From: Lama guanicoe
Lineage: Eukaryota
Assembly: GCA_013239625.1 (NCBI GenBank)
Contig: MU054187.1
Location: forward strand, 7,474,358 to 7,538,357
Direction: 5' to 3'
DNA length: 64,000 nt
Both the position numbers and the translations under genes were made by a program. Below, piece after piece: positions 11,886 to 23,628 of this stretch. The notes under the pieces were generated by a model. It ran no database searches. It had not been told where the DNA came from and saw nothing but the letters and a program-made list of their open reading frames with translations. Position 1 is the first letter of the stretch. Every line of letters starts with the position of its first letter.

Positions 11886-12819
11886 GCCAAGTGTGAGTGC
11901 CTTTTCACGCTGAGTTTTATTCTAGTGTTTATTTTATTTTGTTCTAGTCTTTCAACATACACATTGCTCTCATATCAGGGCCCTAAACTCGAGCCAGCTA
12001 ACTCGTTGGGCGCTCAAATGAAGAAAAAAGCCCTGTTTGAGAAACTAACTCCCTCACTCTTGCAGCTGGGGGCCAGGCCCTGGGCCCGGGGACGAGGGGC
12101 CGGGAACCCTGCACAGGGTCAGGCTGCTTCTGTACCAGCACAAGGTGACTGCCTATCCAGGGTTGGAGCTTTAGTACCACAGGACTCAGCTGTCTGGTAA
12201 GTCTGCCCCCAAGGGCTTTACACTCACTGGTAAAGTTCTTCTTTTTCTGTCCCTTTTCCCAAAGCCTGGTTTTCATTCTGTCTTGGGTCTGTTAATGGCT
12301 GGTCCATCTACTTGGTCACCTTGGTAGACACATAGAATCCTAACCTCCTGTCTCTCCAGGGCCCCCAAACCACAGCCAATTCCCATCAGGTCTGCTGCCC
12401 CCAGTTTTAAATTGCATCCCATCTCGCTGTTTGTTTGCAAGCCCGGCTGCGGGCAGACGTTGGCTGTGGACTGTGTCCTGGTCTTCGTTATGTCTCATTG
12501 TCTCCTCTGATTCAACCCTTGTTGCTCGATGCTCCAATGCAACATTTTAAAATGCAGATCTACCCACGTATCTCTTCCACCTAACACTCTTTGTTGGCGG
12601 CCATCCCGATGTCTCCCACCCAGTCTCCTTCAGCCCTGTTGCTGGCACACATCCTGTCCCGGACTTCCCGGTGTGTCTTCTGTAAGACTGGCTTCTCTCC
12701 TACCTTCCTCTTGTCCATCTGGGCAGCTCCTCTGACCCCTGAGGAATCCCTGCATACACGGTGAAAATATCAGTATTATCCACGGCACTCCCGGCCCAGC
12801 TTATTAGCACATCACCCAC

Positions 12820-13150
12820 GGGGCTGAGCTTGGCACTTCCCATGTACAGACTCTGCTTAAATTATGCAACAAGCCAGTGAGAGTTATTATCACTCATCAT
12901 TTCCAAATTAGAGAGCTAAACTCAGAGACAGCAGATAGCCTGCCTCAGCGGGTTAGCGGGCGGGCCAGGACTCAGAGCCGCGGGGTCGGCCTCTGGGGCT
13001 CTGAGTCTGGGGTCCGTTCGCAACGCAGCCTGGCTCCCTGGTGGTGATGTAGGTGATGTAGGTGGGAAGGGGGCAGTTACTTAACCTTTCCACAGTGTCT
13101 TTCCTGTAAAATGAGGATAGTGGTACCTAGTAGCCAGTTTCCTGTAAGAA
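12820..13150. mobile_element. Two MIR fragments in opposite orientation
   Basis: tcatcatttccaaattagagagctaaactcagagac (minus) and gggcagttacttaacctt...tgtaaaatgaggatagtggtacc (plus). Confidence 0.6.
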
Positions 13151-13744
13151 TCAGCGAAAATAAGGAAAGCAGGCTGCCGAGTCCTTAATAAAGAAGGTGC
13201 AGCTCCTCCAAGCTCGCCTCGAAGGTAGAAGAACCTGTAACCCGGGGGAGGCTGCCCGGATCCTGAAACCCCCTCTTGTCTCCGGGATGCCCTCCTTGGA
13301 GAGCCGCCTGAAGGCCGCCGGCCGGGGCATCACTCTCCTGGTGTTGCACTCAGGCTCAAGCATAAGCAAGCGATTTTCCTGTGAATACGTCATAATATGG
13401 TTAATACAAGGCTGGAGACCGTCACTGAAGGCTGGGAAACAGTGAAAATGAAACTAACACGAAAGGTAACATAGAACGAGGCAGCCTGGGCCAGGAAACA
13501 GGGGTTGCTTGGAGTTGCAGACAGGTCCCAGGTCTACTAACTAGTGTGTGAACCTTGCTGACTTCTGAGGTTTGGAAAACTCACCTGTAGACCTAGAAAC
13601 AGTGATACCTGTAGACTACTGCAAGAAATGGACTGAGTCACTAAATGTGTATTTACTGCGCTCCAAGCCAGGCATGCAGTGAGGACTCACATCTGAACAG
13701 TTTCTGCTGAGTGGCACGTGGTCGTCCAACTGCTGATTGCGTGA

Positions 13745-13930
13745 GCTCACTTAATCCTCCCAGCAAAGGGAGGAGGGCGCTCCTTTTATGCCCATTTTAC
13801 AGATGGTGAGAGTTAAGGCTGAAGAGGTTAAGAAACTTGCACGGGTCACACAGCGGGTGATTGACAGGCTCGGGGCGGGACCCCGGGCAGCCTGGTCCCA
13901 GGGGCCGTGTGCTCAGCCTCTGCTGCACTG
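13745..13930 (-). mobile_element. MIR SINE
   Basis: atgcccattttacagatggtgagagttaaggctgaagaggttaagaaacttgcacgggtcacacagc. Confidence 0.85.
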
Positions 13931-15084
13931 CCTGGTGGTGTGCGCGGAGGCCCTCCAGTCGGGAGCTTACGAGTTAGTGTAGTGCACAGGCAAGGAAACA
14001 AAGAAATGCGAAATTAAAATGAAAATTCACTGCTTTGAAGGAAATGAATGGGGTGTGTGGCAGAGAACAAGGAGGAAGGGGTGTTGGTGAGCCTTCTGAG
14101 AGGGTGATCAGGGAAGGTTTCGTTGACAAAAGTGACATTTCAGCTCAGATTAGATGAGATGATGTGTTAGAGGGACATCTGGGCACCCTGCCAATATGTC
14201 CCCTTCTCTTTCCTTTTATTTACTGAAATAAAATTTTGCAAAAAATTTCCTGACTCTGCATGACCTCTCATTGCTTTTGGCCACCCAGGGAGTGTGTGCG
14301 GACCTCATCTTTTTGTTCAGCCAAAAGCTATGGCAAGTCACAAGGGCTCCAATGTTTGGACAATTGGCAAAAAGATGCTTAAACAGGACTTTGCACATGA
14401 GCTCTTTTATTAGATAATTGAGAAAACCTAGCTATTTACAGCCATTGTCACTTTCGTGCCTTTGGCAATTTGTTAGATTTCAAAAGCATCAACTTGGTTC
14501 TGTTGTTCACAATGGCTCTGGAATGGTGTTAAGACTTCCAGAAATTCATTGAGGGTTAGCAGTATCTTTGCCTATGCCTTTTATTTTGAAATAATAATTA
14601 ATTTTTCTGGCAAAGCCATAATTTCTAATTTAATGGGTAGTGCTTCAGTAATGGAACTAACTTTCTGAAACTACAATGGCAGCCAAGGAGGTCAAAATAG
14701 AGGACTGAAATAAGATAAACGGGGAGAGAGACACATTACCTCTTTTTGCTCGTCTGGCTGTTATTATTGTCAATAATAATAATAAAGTTCAAGAAACTGA
14801 TATGACTGCCTTTTTCATTGTTGTTTAAAATATCCTTGGGAATGTCATATTAAATAGCAGTTGTGGCAATACACCCTGAATTACAGTATAGTAACAAAAA
14901 AATTGACAGTGGTGGGTTCCGCCTGACAATTGTTGCCTGATATTTTGAAAGTGAAATAGTCACTTAAGCATTTTTAGGCCATTTCATGAAAAAAAAAAAA
15001 AAGAGAGAGAGTGAGAGAATCATACTTTTAGGTAAGCTTCACCCCAGATTGTGACTTACTTATACGTAGGGAATGGTGGTTTGG

Positions 15085-15594
15085 TGTGGCAGGCGGATGC
15101 CAGGATGGCCCCAGGGCTCTCTGCCTTCTAGTGTTCACGTCCTGTGTAACCCTCTCCTCCTGAGTGTGGGCGAGATTTAGTGACTCACTTCTAAAAAAGT
15201 AGGATGTGGCAGGAATAATGGGATTGCCGCTGCTGAGGCGGGATGGCCCAGCGTTGTGACTTCCACCCTGGGTGTTGTTTCTCGCTCTCCCTTTGATCTG
15301 TCCCCTGGGAGGGATCAGGCACCCTGCGGTGGGCAGCCCTGTGGAGGGCCCCGCGGGAGGAGGGACTGATGCTGGCCAACATCCACACAAATGAGCCTGG
15401 AAGCAGCTGGGCTTCCAGATGAGACGGCAGCCCTGGCTGGAGGCTTGATTGTCTCCTCGTGACAGGCCTTGAGCCAGAGGCACTCAGCTAAGTGGCACTC
15501 AGACTTCCGACTCACAGAAACTGCAAGAGAATAAATGTTGGTTGATTTAGATGGTGACATTTTGAGGTTGTTATGTAGCAATAGGTAACTAGCA
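15085..15594 (+). mobile_element. MaLR solo LTR (MLT1F-like)
   Basis: TG...CA termini; tgtggcaggcggatgccaggatggcccc start; cacagaaactgcaagagaataaatgttg...gttatgtagcaataggtaact end. Confidence 0.85.
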
Positions 15595-15784
15595 GAGTCA
15601 GGGAGTATAATGGGAGTGATGAATTTGAGAGTGGGCCCTAGGTCTCTGAAGATAGGGAGCCATGATGACATGGTCCCTAGGCTCCACTGTGGCACTGTTC
15701 TGAGAGCAGACATCAGGGTCATCCAATCTCTTGGGGCTGAGATTTCATTCCCCTATGCTGAGGCTAACCCTCTGTCTCCAAGGT

Positions 15785-16135
15785 TCTGCACTGAAAGCAA
15801 CAGAAATGGAATCTAGCCAAATAAAGCAAAAGGACATTTACTGGAAAGATCTCAGGATGAGGGGGATGTGGAGGACGGTGCCGTAGAATCAGCAGAAGGC
15901 TCCAGGGCCAGGTTTGGGAACAGGTCGGGACCCACGGAGTCCCACGAGCAGGAAAAAGGTATGGCAACGCTCTCCTCGCAGCAATTTGGGTCAGCACGTG
16001 GCCACTACGACACATGGCCCCATGTTACTTTCTATCCTTGTCTCACTCAGTCAGGAGTCCACACGGTGAGAAAGAGCCTTCACGTGGCCATTCTTAGTTA
16101 CATGCCCAACTCCTGGCTGCTTCGATGCTGGGAAA
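15785..16135 (-). mobile_element. Old MaLR LTR fragment (MLT1-like)
   Basis: gaaagcaacagaaatggaatctagccaaataaagcaaaaggacatttactgg resembles an antisense MLT1 3' end. Confidence 0.5.
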
Positions 16136-16162
16136 CCAAGGATGGGGTGCTTTGAATTTCTT

Positions 16163-16330
16163 TTCTTTCTTTTTTTTAATTAAAAAAATTTATTATTAGA
16201 AAATTTTTTTTTGGAGGGGTATGATTAGGTTTATTTATTTATTACTTTAATGGAGGTACTGGGGATTGAACCCAGGACCTCGTGCCTGCTAAGCAGGCAC
16301 TCTGCCCCTGAGCTGTACCTTTCCAACCTC
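16163..16330 (-). mobile_element. tRNA-derived SINE, camelid vic-1-like (long AT-rich tail form)
   Basis: tggaggtactggggattgaacccaggacctcgtgcctgctaagcaggcactctgcccctgagctgtacc; 13-bp TSD ctttgaatttctt at 16150-16162 and 16331-16343. Confidence 0.9.
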
Positions 16331-16376
16331 CTTTGAATTTCTTAAAGTAGGGCAGGCACCAGGGATTTTCCTTTTA

Positions 16377-16900
16377 TGGTGGAGACTGTAACAGTTTCCC
16401 ACTGTCCACTTTCCCCTTCTCTTTTAGTAATAAAAGTTTTAGCGCAGCTAAAGACTTAATTTTTCCTAGCCTCCCTCACACAAAAGTCTGTGTCCTAATT
16501 CTAGTAATTGAGGACATCCGAGCAAAAATGGTTTGAGCAACTTCCGGGCTGTACCCTTAAAAGGAAAGGAAGTTATTTGTGCTCCCTTTTTCTTATTCCT
16601 TCTTTTTATAGCTGAATGTAAAGATTGTGGAAAGTCATCTTGGACCTCGTGGACAAGGGCCAGACCCCTGGGCCTGGCAAAGCCAAAAAATGGAAGGAGC
16701 CGGTGCGCTCAAAGCTATGGAGTCCCCACTTGGCCTGGACCGTCATCCTGAATGTTATACGGGAGGAATAACTCATATGCTATAAAAGAAATAACTTCTA
16801 AGTCATACCACTTCTATGTTGTACGAGAATGAATGTTATAGGAGATAAACCCCTATCTTGTTTGAACAGACTCTCATGGAAGCGGCCTAGTCTGTATCCT
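16377..16900 (+). mobile_element. MaLR LTR (MLT1H/I/J-like)
   Basis: tggtggagactg...ttccccttctcttttagtaataaaag...ttcctagcctccctcac...ggagataaacccctatcttgtttgaa. Confidence 0.6.
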
Positions 16901-18188
16901 GAGGCTTTAGCCACCAAGGAAAGGTAGAGCTCTAACGAGACGTCAGGAGCCACCAGGGTGGGGAGACGTGAACACAATTAAACATCAGTAGTGAGCGTAG
17001 ACTGATTTCTACTTAAATAAATCAAAGCGAATGCAAACTTGATTTAAAATAAAATGTTTATTCTCTCTTCCACCAAGTCAAGTAAAATTCCAAGTGTTGG
17101 GGCAGTCTTGGCTTGCAGTGTGAGTTTATTTACCTTTCTTCTTTGGAGCTGAGAACTCGTGGCTGCAGGTGGGACTAGATGTAGTAATGCGACCTGCTGG
17201 GTGTTTCGAAGAGGAGTCGGGTTACTGTCAATCCTGCCTAGAATTTTAAGTCCACTTTCACCGGGTACGTTTAGGGGAATGTACACAGCAGTAACACCGT
17301 CATTATCATCATCCTATCAGTCTACAAACAGGTGAGGAATAGGTGAAAACTCATTTTCACTGTAACTAAAACTAAATTTTCATTTTGTGTGCTCATCTGT
17401 TGGAGTTTGTTAAAACCTAATTTCAGTGTATTTGGGCTTCTCCTTTTCCCTCTGGGTTCATCACATATCTGAGGGATGTGAATGCTGCCGCGGAACCGGA
17501 TGGAGGGGAGACAGCTCGTGGCTGTCATCTGTCCACGTTCATTTCCAGTGTGGCGTCTGCTAACCTGTCTAGTCCTGGCAGGTGGTCTGTGAAGGTCCCT
17601 GCTGAGCCATCCTTTGCTCCTGCTCTGCATGCGTGTTTAGGTCCAGACCGTTGCTGCTGTCCCTTCAGCACCACTGCTGAGGCCACACAATTGTCACCGT
17701 CCAGGCCACTCCAGAACCTCAGCCACAAAATCATATGGGCTTCAAACACCTCCATACCTGGAACATGCAAAGGGAAAGATACGTGTAGTCATGGGTATGA
17801 TGTTTACTTCTCTCTGCCTTCGTCAGCTCTGCTAAATTTTTCATTTGCACTGTGAGAGCTTCTCCTGGGAGAACTAGGAGGGAGCGTGTGAGAGAGGCCA
17901 GGATGTCACCCCAGTAAGGGAGGCTTACCAAGTCAACCCTAGACAGCCCATAACACCTATGCCCTGCATCAGATTAACTTTTACTTGCTGAGATTTAAAG
18001 GGACAAATGTGATGAAATCGTATCTCTTAAATATTAGTTAATGTCCTAATTTCTCTCATTCTTTGGCTAGACTGTATCAAGTCTGTGGTCTTAGGGATAT
18101 CAGAAGGAAATCAGAAGGAATCAAGCAAAAATAAAAGGGAATCAGTTCTTAGTTTTTGAGTGTCAAGAGCTAAACCTGTCTTTTTGGT

Positions 18189-18378
18189 AGCCCCTGGTCT
18201 ATGGCCACGTAGCTATTTAAATTTAAATGAATTAAAATTCAATAAACCAAAAAGTCAGTTCCTCATCTGCACATTTCAAGGGCTTGGTAGCCAGATGTGG
18301 CTGGGGAGGCTACTATGAATACAGCGCAGAATTACAGGTCATTTCTACCATGACTGTAATTGAGCAACTCTGAGCTAG
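18189..18378. mobile_element. hAT-Charlie DNA transposon relic (MER33/MER3-like)
   Basis: ggccacgtagctatttaaatttaaatgaattaaaatt...cagttcctca...cacatttcaagggcttggtagccagatgtggct. Confidence 0.75.
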
Positions 18379-18520
18379 ACTATAATACACAACAAGTGAA
18401 AACGAAGCTTTCAGCCTCTGGGACTTGGAAGGACTTCCCTGGATGGGGGAGGCTGAAGGGGTGGAGGAGGCATTGGAAAGGGAAAGGCACGGAGGGTCAT
18501 GAGACAGAGGAGGAGTTCAC

Positions 18521-18751
18521 ATCTGGGTGTACGCAACGTCCGTCAGAGGATGCCGGCTGCTGCTGGCATCTGGGAGCAGTGCGGGGCTGCGTCAGTGTCC
18601 CCAGTCCGTCTGGTCTCCATTCAGGATTTCACCATCCAAGCCTGCCTTGAGGAGTTGTGTCGAGTGTTTTTCCCTGTGGCACGAGTCCTGGGAGAATCGT
18701 TGGTCCATGTCGAGCTTCAAGGCACTGACAGGATTAATTTGAATTGTGAGG
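18521..18751 (-). pseudogene. Candidate decayed 231-nt exon of the unnamed minus-strand gene
   Basis: cccacag|C at 18751 and GAT|gtgaac at 18521 (both moderate; symmetric phase 2); LTIQINPVSALKLDMDQRFSQ...EILNGDQTDWGH*RSPALLPDASSSRHPLTDVAYTQ with one TGA. Confidence 0.3.
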
Positions 18752-19819
18752 CTGTGGGTGTTACCTACGACAGAGTGGGTGACAGTGTAAATTAAAAGGA
18801 TAGTAAGCAAGTTGCTTAAAGCTGCTTTTTTTTTTTTTTTAAATAAGAGGTGAACAAAGCCCTGGTCAGCTCTAGAAGATTCAGCAAGGTCACCATTAGG
18901 AATTCTCCTTCAGATGTTCCCGGAGGGTCTCATTTAGTCGGTGAATCATCGCTGTTTCTGAGGGTTGTGGGAATAGAAATTGAAGCTGCCGAGTTAGGGA
19001 TGAATGTGACACTGGGGGCGTGTTGCTCTGAAGCCCTGCCCTGGTCCATTCTCTTGAGTTGGAATGGTCTGGATTTCAGTGGGGATCAAAATTGACCTCA
19101 GGTTACCCCGAGAGACTTCTCCTTTCCCCCACCCTCAGTTGTCTGTCTCTCTCTCCCTGTGCCCCAGTAGGTCACAGGATGATCCTCCCGTTAAAGTGTG
19201 TCCCTCATGATCTCGCTTTAATTAATGTTAACTTACAGCCTCCACGGAGCCAGGGCTGCCCCTCGTCCCACCAGTGTCACTGCCATTTAGCTCAGCCCCG
19301 TGCACCATGTCTAGTGGCTGAAAGGACAGGTGAACTTCGTGCAGAAAGGATGGGAAAGAGCTAATTAGCGGCCTGGGTGAGTTCACTCAGAACAAAACAA
19401 GGAACGAGCAATAAGCCAAGAACTGAAGCTATTGTTTTAGAGTATCTGCAAATGAACGGAAAGGTTGAATGTAATATATTTTTTAATGATTTAAGGATTG
19501 ACTCAAAATTGGTTTTTGAAATAAATTTTATCTATGACTACAGCCCTCCTTTGCATGATATCATTTTGAAAGTAATACTGTTTTATTTAAGAGTCTGTCT
19601 CCTTTAGACGCCTCAGCTTTGACCCGAGGATGTCACTGCATTGACTATTAAAAGGAGCACAGGTCTGCGTGCTAACCAGCAACACGTGACTTCCGCACGC
19701 AGACTTCGTGCAGCACCAGGAGTGTCCAAATGTCATCAGAGGCAGTCGGTATTTCTAGAGACTGTCTAGTCCTCTTTAATGTATAAACTAAAAAAAAAAT
19801 AAACTACGCTAAATGTTGA

Positions 19820-20150
19820 ATTAGCCTATTTTCAGCATAAGCAATAGAAAACCACTCTAGCTAACAATGAAAAGCAGAATTTATTTAAATAATACTGGGG
19901 TCACTCATATAGTTAAAGAAGCAATGAAAACGTCAAGCTTCAGGAAGGGCAGGAACCAGGGAAGTTCGTGGGGCTCAGCCCAGAAACGGGGTTCTCTCTA
20001 GGGTGCTTCAGACTCTGAATTTCTGTTCAAGATTGAGACTTAGTGGGGATAATTCTCTTGGTTTGCTTAAGCAAAGTATGTCCACCCTTGGATCAGTCAG
20101 TCACAGCCAGTGGACAGGCAGAGGGGTGTGCAGAGGGACACGGTCAGCGG
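19820..20150 (-). mobile_element. Old MaLR LTR fragment
   Basis: ataagcaatagaaaaccactctagctaac...gcagaatttattt...tccacccttggatcagtcagtcacagccag. Confidence 0.55.
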
Positions 20151-20196
20151 GGCAACATGGGCCACCGCCTAACTGACGTGTGAAACACTGCCATCA

Positions 20197-20625
20197 GTGT
20201 GCTGGTTGTCCTCTCTTTGCTCCTCTAGGCCCAGTTTCCATCCTTCCCTCGTCAGTCTATGCCACAGGAAGCCCACAGCACAGACTGCATCACCTGCTCG
20301 CCTTTGCTGACTTGTCTAGACAGGAGTGTAGAAGGGCGGGAGAAGACACACGTCGGGGCATTTCTCTCCCACTTCCTCCTGGCTTTGGGGGATGCTTCCC
20401 GGGAAACAGGCACTTTCCTCCACAAGCACAGCTCTCGCTGGGCAGCCCCGATTCCACAGCTCTACTGACCAGATCATGGCTCCTTCAGCAACTTTCTAAT
20501 GCTGCTGTGTTCTGGGTGCCTCAACACCTCTTAAATGCGTCCTTACCCCGTCCACATCTTCGTTCTCTCTTAAAGTCTGTTTACTTAAACCATTTGAGTG
20601 AATTCTAGTTTATTCCAGAAACCTG
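20197..20625 (-). mobile_element. ERVL LTR (LTR33-like)
   Basis: gtgctggttgtcctctctttgctcctctaggccca...cagactgcatcacctg...gggcatttctctccc...cttaaaccatttgagtgaattc. Confidence 0.6.
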
Positions 20626-20839
20626 AAACAGGCAACCCAACGAGGCCATACCAAAAGGGGGTGTGTGCCTGGCTGGCACTCTGTTGACCTTATGGAATTG
20701 TAGTTCTGGTGTGAGAACATTAAAGCCAGTAAGAGAAATGTATAAAGAACCACCTTATTAAATAAACACCTAGCTGTTTTTCTAGAAATATATTGTTAGG
20801 ATGTGTAGGAAATGTGGCTTAGCTTGGTCAGTATCCCTT

Positions 20840-21027
20840 AAAGGAACCATCCGTCGCTGACTCTGAGTCCACGTGGCCTGGGTGGCACCTGAATCTGACA
20901 ATGCCTGAAATCATAGATGGACCCTTTGGATTTGCAGTTATACTAGTCAGTAAATTCTCTTTTCTGCTTCATCCAGTTTGAGTCGAGCTTTCTGTCATTT
21001 GCAATGAAAAGCGTTCTGACCAACACA
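20840..21027 (+). mobile_element. MaLR LTR 3' fragment
   Basis: cagtaaattctcttttctgcttcatccagtttgagtcgagctttctgtcatttgcaatgaaaagcgttctgaccaacaca. Confidence 0.65.
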
Positions 21028-22769
21028 AAATATTCATAATTGTTACCTCTTTTTTAAGAATCCACAAGAGAAATTTTTTGGGGGGTCCTCAGATCCAGAA
21101 ATGGCTGTTTTCCCTTCTGAGTAAATGCTTTGTTTTGTGGACACCATGTATTATGGAAGCAATTATGTTTTGAGCATCAAGTTAAGAACCAAATTTTGGA
21201 TTTGCTTCCAGCCAGTGGATAGACCTTTATCATATTAAAAGAAGAAAGGTGCTGACATTACTCCTGGCTCTATCTTACTTTTGTAGTTTTATTATTCTTT
21301 TGGCCTGATCTCATCACCTATTTTTATTTTGTTTTATCTTGTTTTACTTTATCTCTGCAAGCTTGCCTAATTTGTTTCTGAGCAAAGGCCATATAGAAGT
21401 AAATAAATAAGCCAAATGAGAAGCAAATTCTGTAAGTTCTGTTTGCATTTCCATTGTCAACTGAGAACATCTGTTTCTTTGGAGAAGATATCTCCTTGGT
21501 GTATTACAAACACCACTGCCTGCCTGTAAGAGATAATGTGTATAGTCTTGCGTTCCTTAGCAGGCTTGTGGCTTTACTTAATCTCTTAGCCAAAAAAATA
21601 CTGTCTTGAGGGCAGAGCACGGGGTCTTCTCTAGGTAGTTATGTCATTTGCTCTCTCAACAAAAATGTAAACAGGAGCCGAATACCTGGGTTTCCTAGAA
21701 GGGGACCACCCTGTAGGGGATGTCAGCCTGTGTTACTGTGTTACTGTCACTGTTACTGGTTTTGGCATTTATTCTGTAACGTCTTAAAGTTTTTTTCATA
21801 CGTTGTTTCATGCATGCAAGATTCTGTGGTCAAGGGACACTTCCTCCACACTTACTCTCTCTCTTTGTAAGGTTTCTCCAGCGCGACTGTAGTTCTGTCC
21901 TTCTCTTCTTGTTCCTCAGTCTCTGTCGAGGTCCTCTGACTTGGCCACTGTCACTCATCTGTACCTTCTGCAGGATGCTCTGTGCACTGTCGCCAGAACT
22001 ATAATTTCTTCAGCACTTGGACAGGGCGTGGTGTGGCTGGTCCGGGTCCCTCCTGTGGTGCTCTGACTGGTGATGCCTTCAGAATCCCCTCTGTGAGGTG
22101 TCGTGATCTGTGTCCCCACTTCCACTGTCTCCTTGCTGTGCTCAGAACAGCGTTCTGCTCATTCTTTTCTGCCACCTCAGTATCGCCTCTACAAGTCCCC
22201 CCTCTTTTTCTATTCTTCTACATCCAAGTTTAAATTCAGTGAAATTCTTTCTGGGTGTTATTCTCTGCACAATTTCTTCTCGTCTACAAACCTTCCCGGA
22301 GTCTATGTTCTGACTCTGGTACCGCATTGTATGCATTTGCATGCGTTTCTCTAAATAATAATTACAGAACTGTGTTTCTTTCACGCAAATATTTTCTTTC
22401 TTTAGAATAAATAAAAGCTGACTGAGAGGAAGTATTATGCCTCTATTTCTTTCTCATTCCATAAACGTTTAGCACAGCGCTGCATGAATAGTATGTATTC
22501 AATAAAAGTGAGCTATGAATTAGGAAGCCTGAAATTTAGTTACGAGTGTCCTTTGAGTTAGCTCTCTGACTTTGGTCTATTCGCGATCTTTACCTTTTGA
22601 GTCCTCTAATTTCGTATTTAAAATGGGAAAAAAAGAAGAATCCAAGACTTTCTGAAAAGAAAAATCCCACAGGGGCGGCCAAAGGAATGCCTGTGAACAA
22701 ATAAGGGTGCACTTTTCCTCTTTGTCTCACAGGGCTACTGACGGGAAGGAAGCTTGCGTTAGATTGGAC

Positions 22770-23364
22770 GAGCTATCCCCGGTACCCGTGTCCTACTCCT
22801 GGACACACGGCTCCATTCAAACTTTCAGGATCTCTTATGTTAAATGTGGCCACAAAACTGAGTTCTGGCCGATGGACTGTGAGTGGGACGTGTGTTCCAC
22901 TGCCAGCCTGGCTGATTAAAAACCCTTGTTCAGTTCTCTGCCCTCTTTCCCGAGTGGTGGCGGGCTGGAGGGAGCTTGGAGGGTGAGGAAAGGTGAGGGT
23001 GAGGAGAGGTGAGGGTGAGGAGATGCTCTCCTCCTTCCCTTGGGCACCAACTGGACTGTTTTTCCCAGAGTTTGGTGCAGTGAAGTGTGACTCTGAGATT
23101 GAGTTCTGCCCAGCGGAATGCCACAAGGAGTCACGTGCTCAAATTCCAGGCTGGTCTAGCAAGTCCTCCCACCGTCTTTACTCTCTGAATGAGTAAAAAC
23201 TCCAAGGACCTAGAGGATGGTGGAGCTGCCAGAGGCAGTAGCCTGGATCCTGAGGAACATCGTGGAATGGCGCATCCTCACCCCTCCCCATGATAAGGTA
23301 AATCAGGAACTGAGATTTTGGGTTGATTTTTTAAACAACCAGCATTACTTACCGTAAGCAATAC
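22770..23364 (+). mobile_element. MaLR LTR(s), MLT1-like, with an inserted or expanded segment
   Basis: atgtggccacaaaactgagttctggccgatggactgtgagtgggacg...ggacctagaggatggtggagctgcc...gagattttgggttg...ttaccgtaagcaataca. Confidence 0.55.
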
Positions 23365-23511
23365 ATGTTTTATGGGTTAACTAGAAGGATAAGTTCCTTA
23401 GATAATTTTCAGCCCCAGCTAGCAGAGACAATTTTTTCTATGCACAGGGTTACTTCTCTGAAGATTTGTCCGACAATCAGCAGATTTGGGTCACCCCAAG
23501 TATGGAAGACC

Positions 23512-23628
23512 CTAGGCTGGAAGCTCCCTGAAGACAGGGCTCATGTCTGTCTCACTCCCACGACGTCCGTGGCACTGACTGTGGTGCACAGTACATCGCA
23601 GGTGCTCAGTGAATACCTTGAGAGTGAA
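23512..23628 (+). mobile_element. LINE-2 3' end
   Basis: taggctggaagctccctgaagacagggctcatgtctgtc...gcaggtgctcagtgaataccttg. Confidence 0.75.

Noticed and set aside
11679..12200. 173-aa plus-strand ORF
   Set aside because: Starts in L1, microsatellite and LTR sequence; its hydrophobic stretches come from T-rich DNA.
22980..23022. GGTGAG-rich repeat resembling clustered splice donors or a G-quadruplex
   Set aside because: Short low-complexity expansion inside an LTR region.
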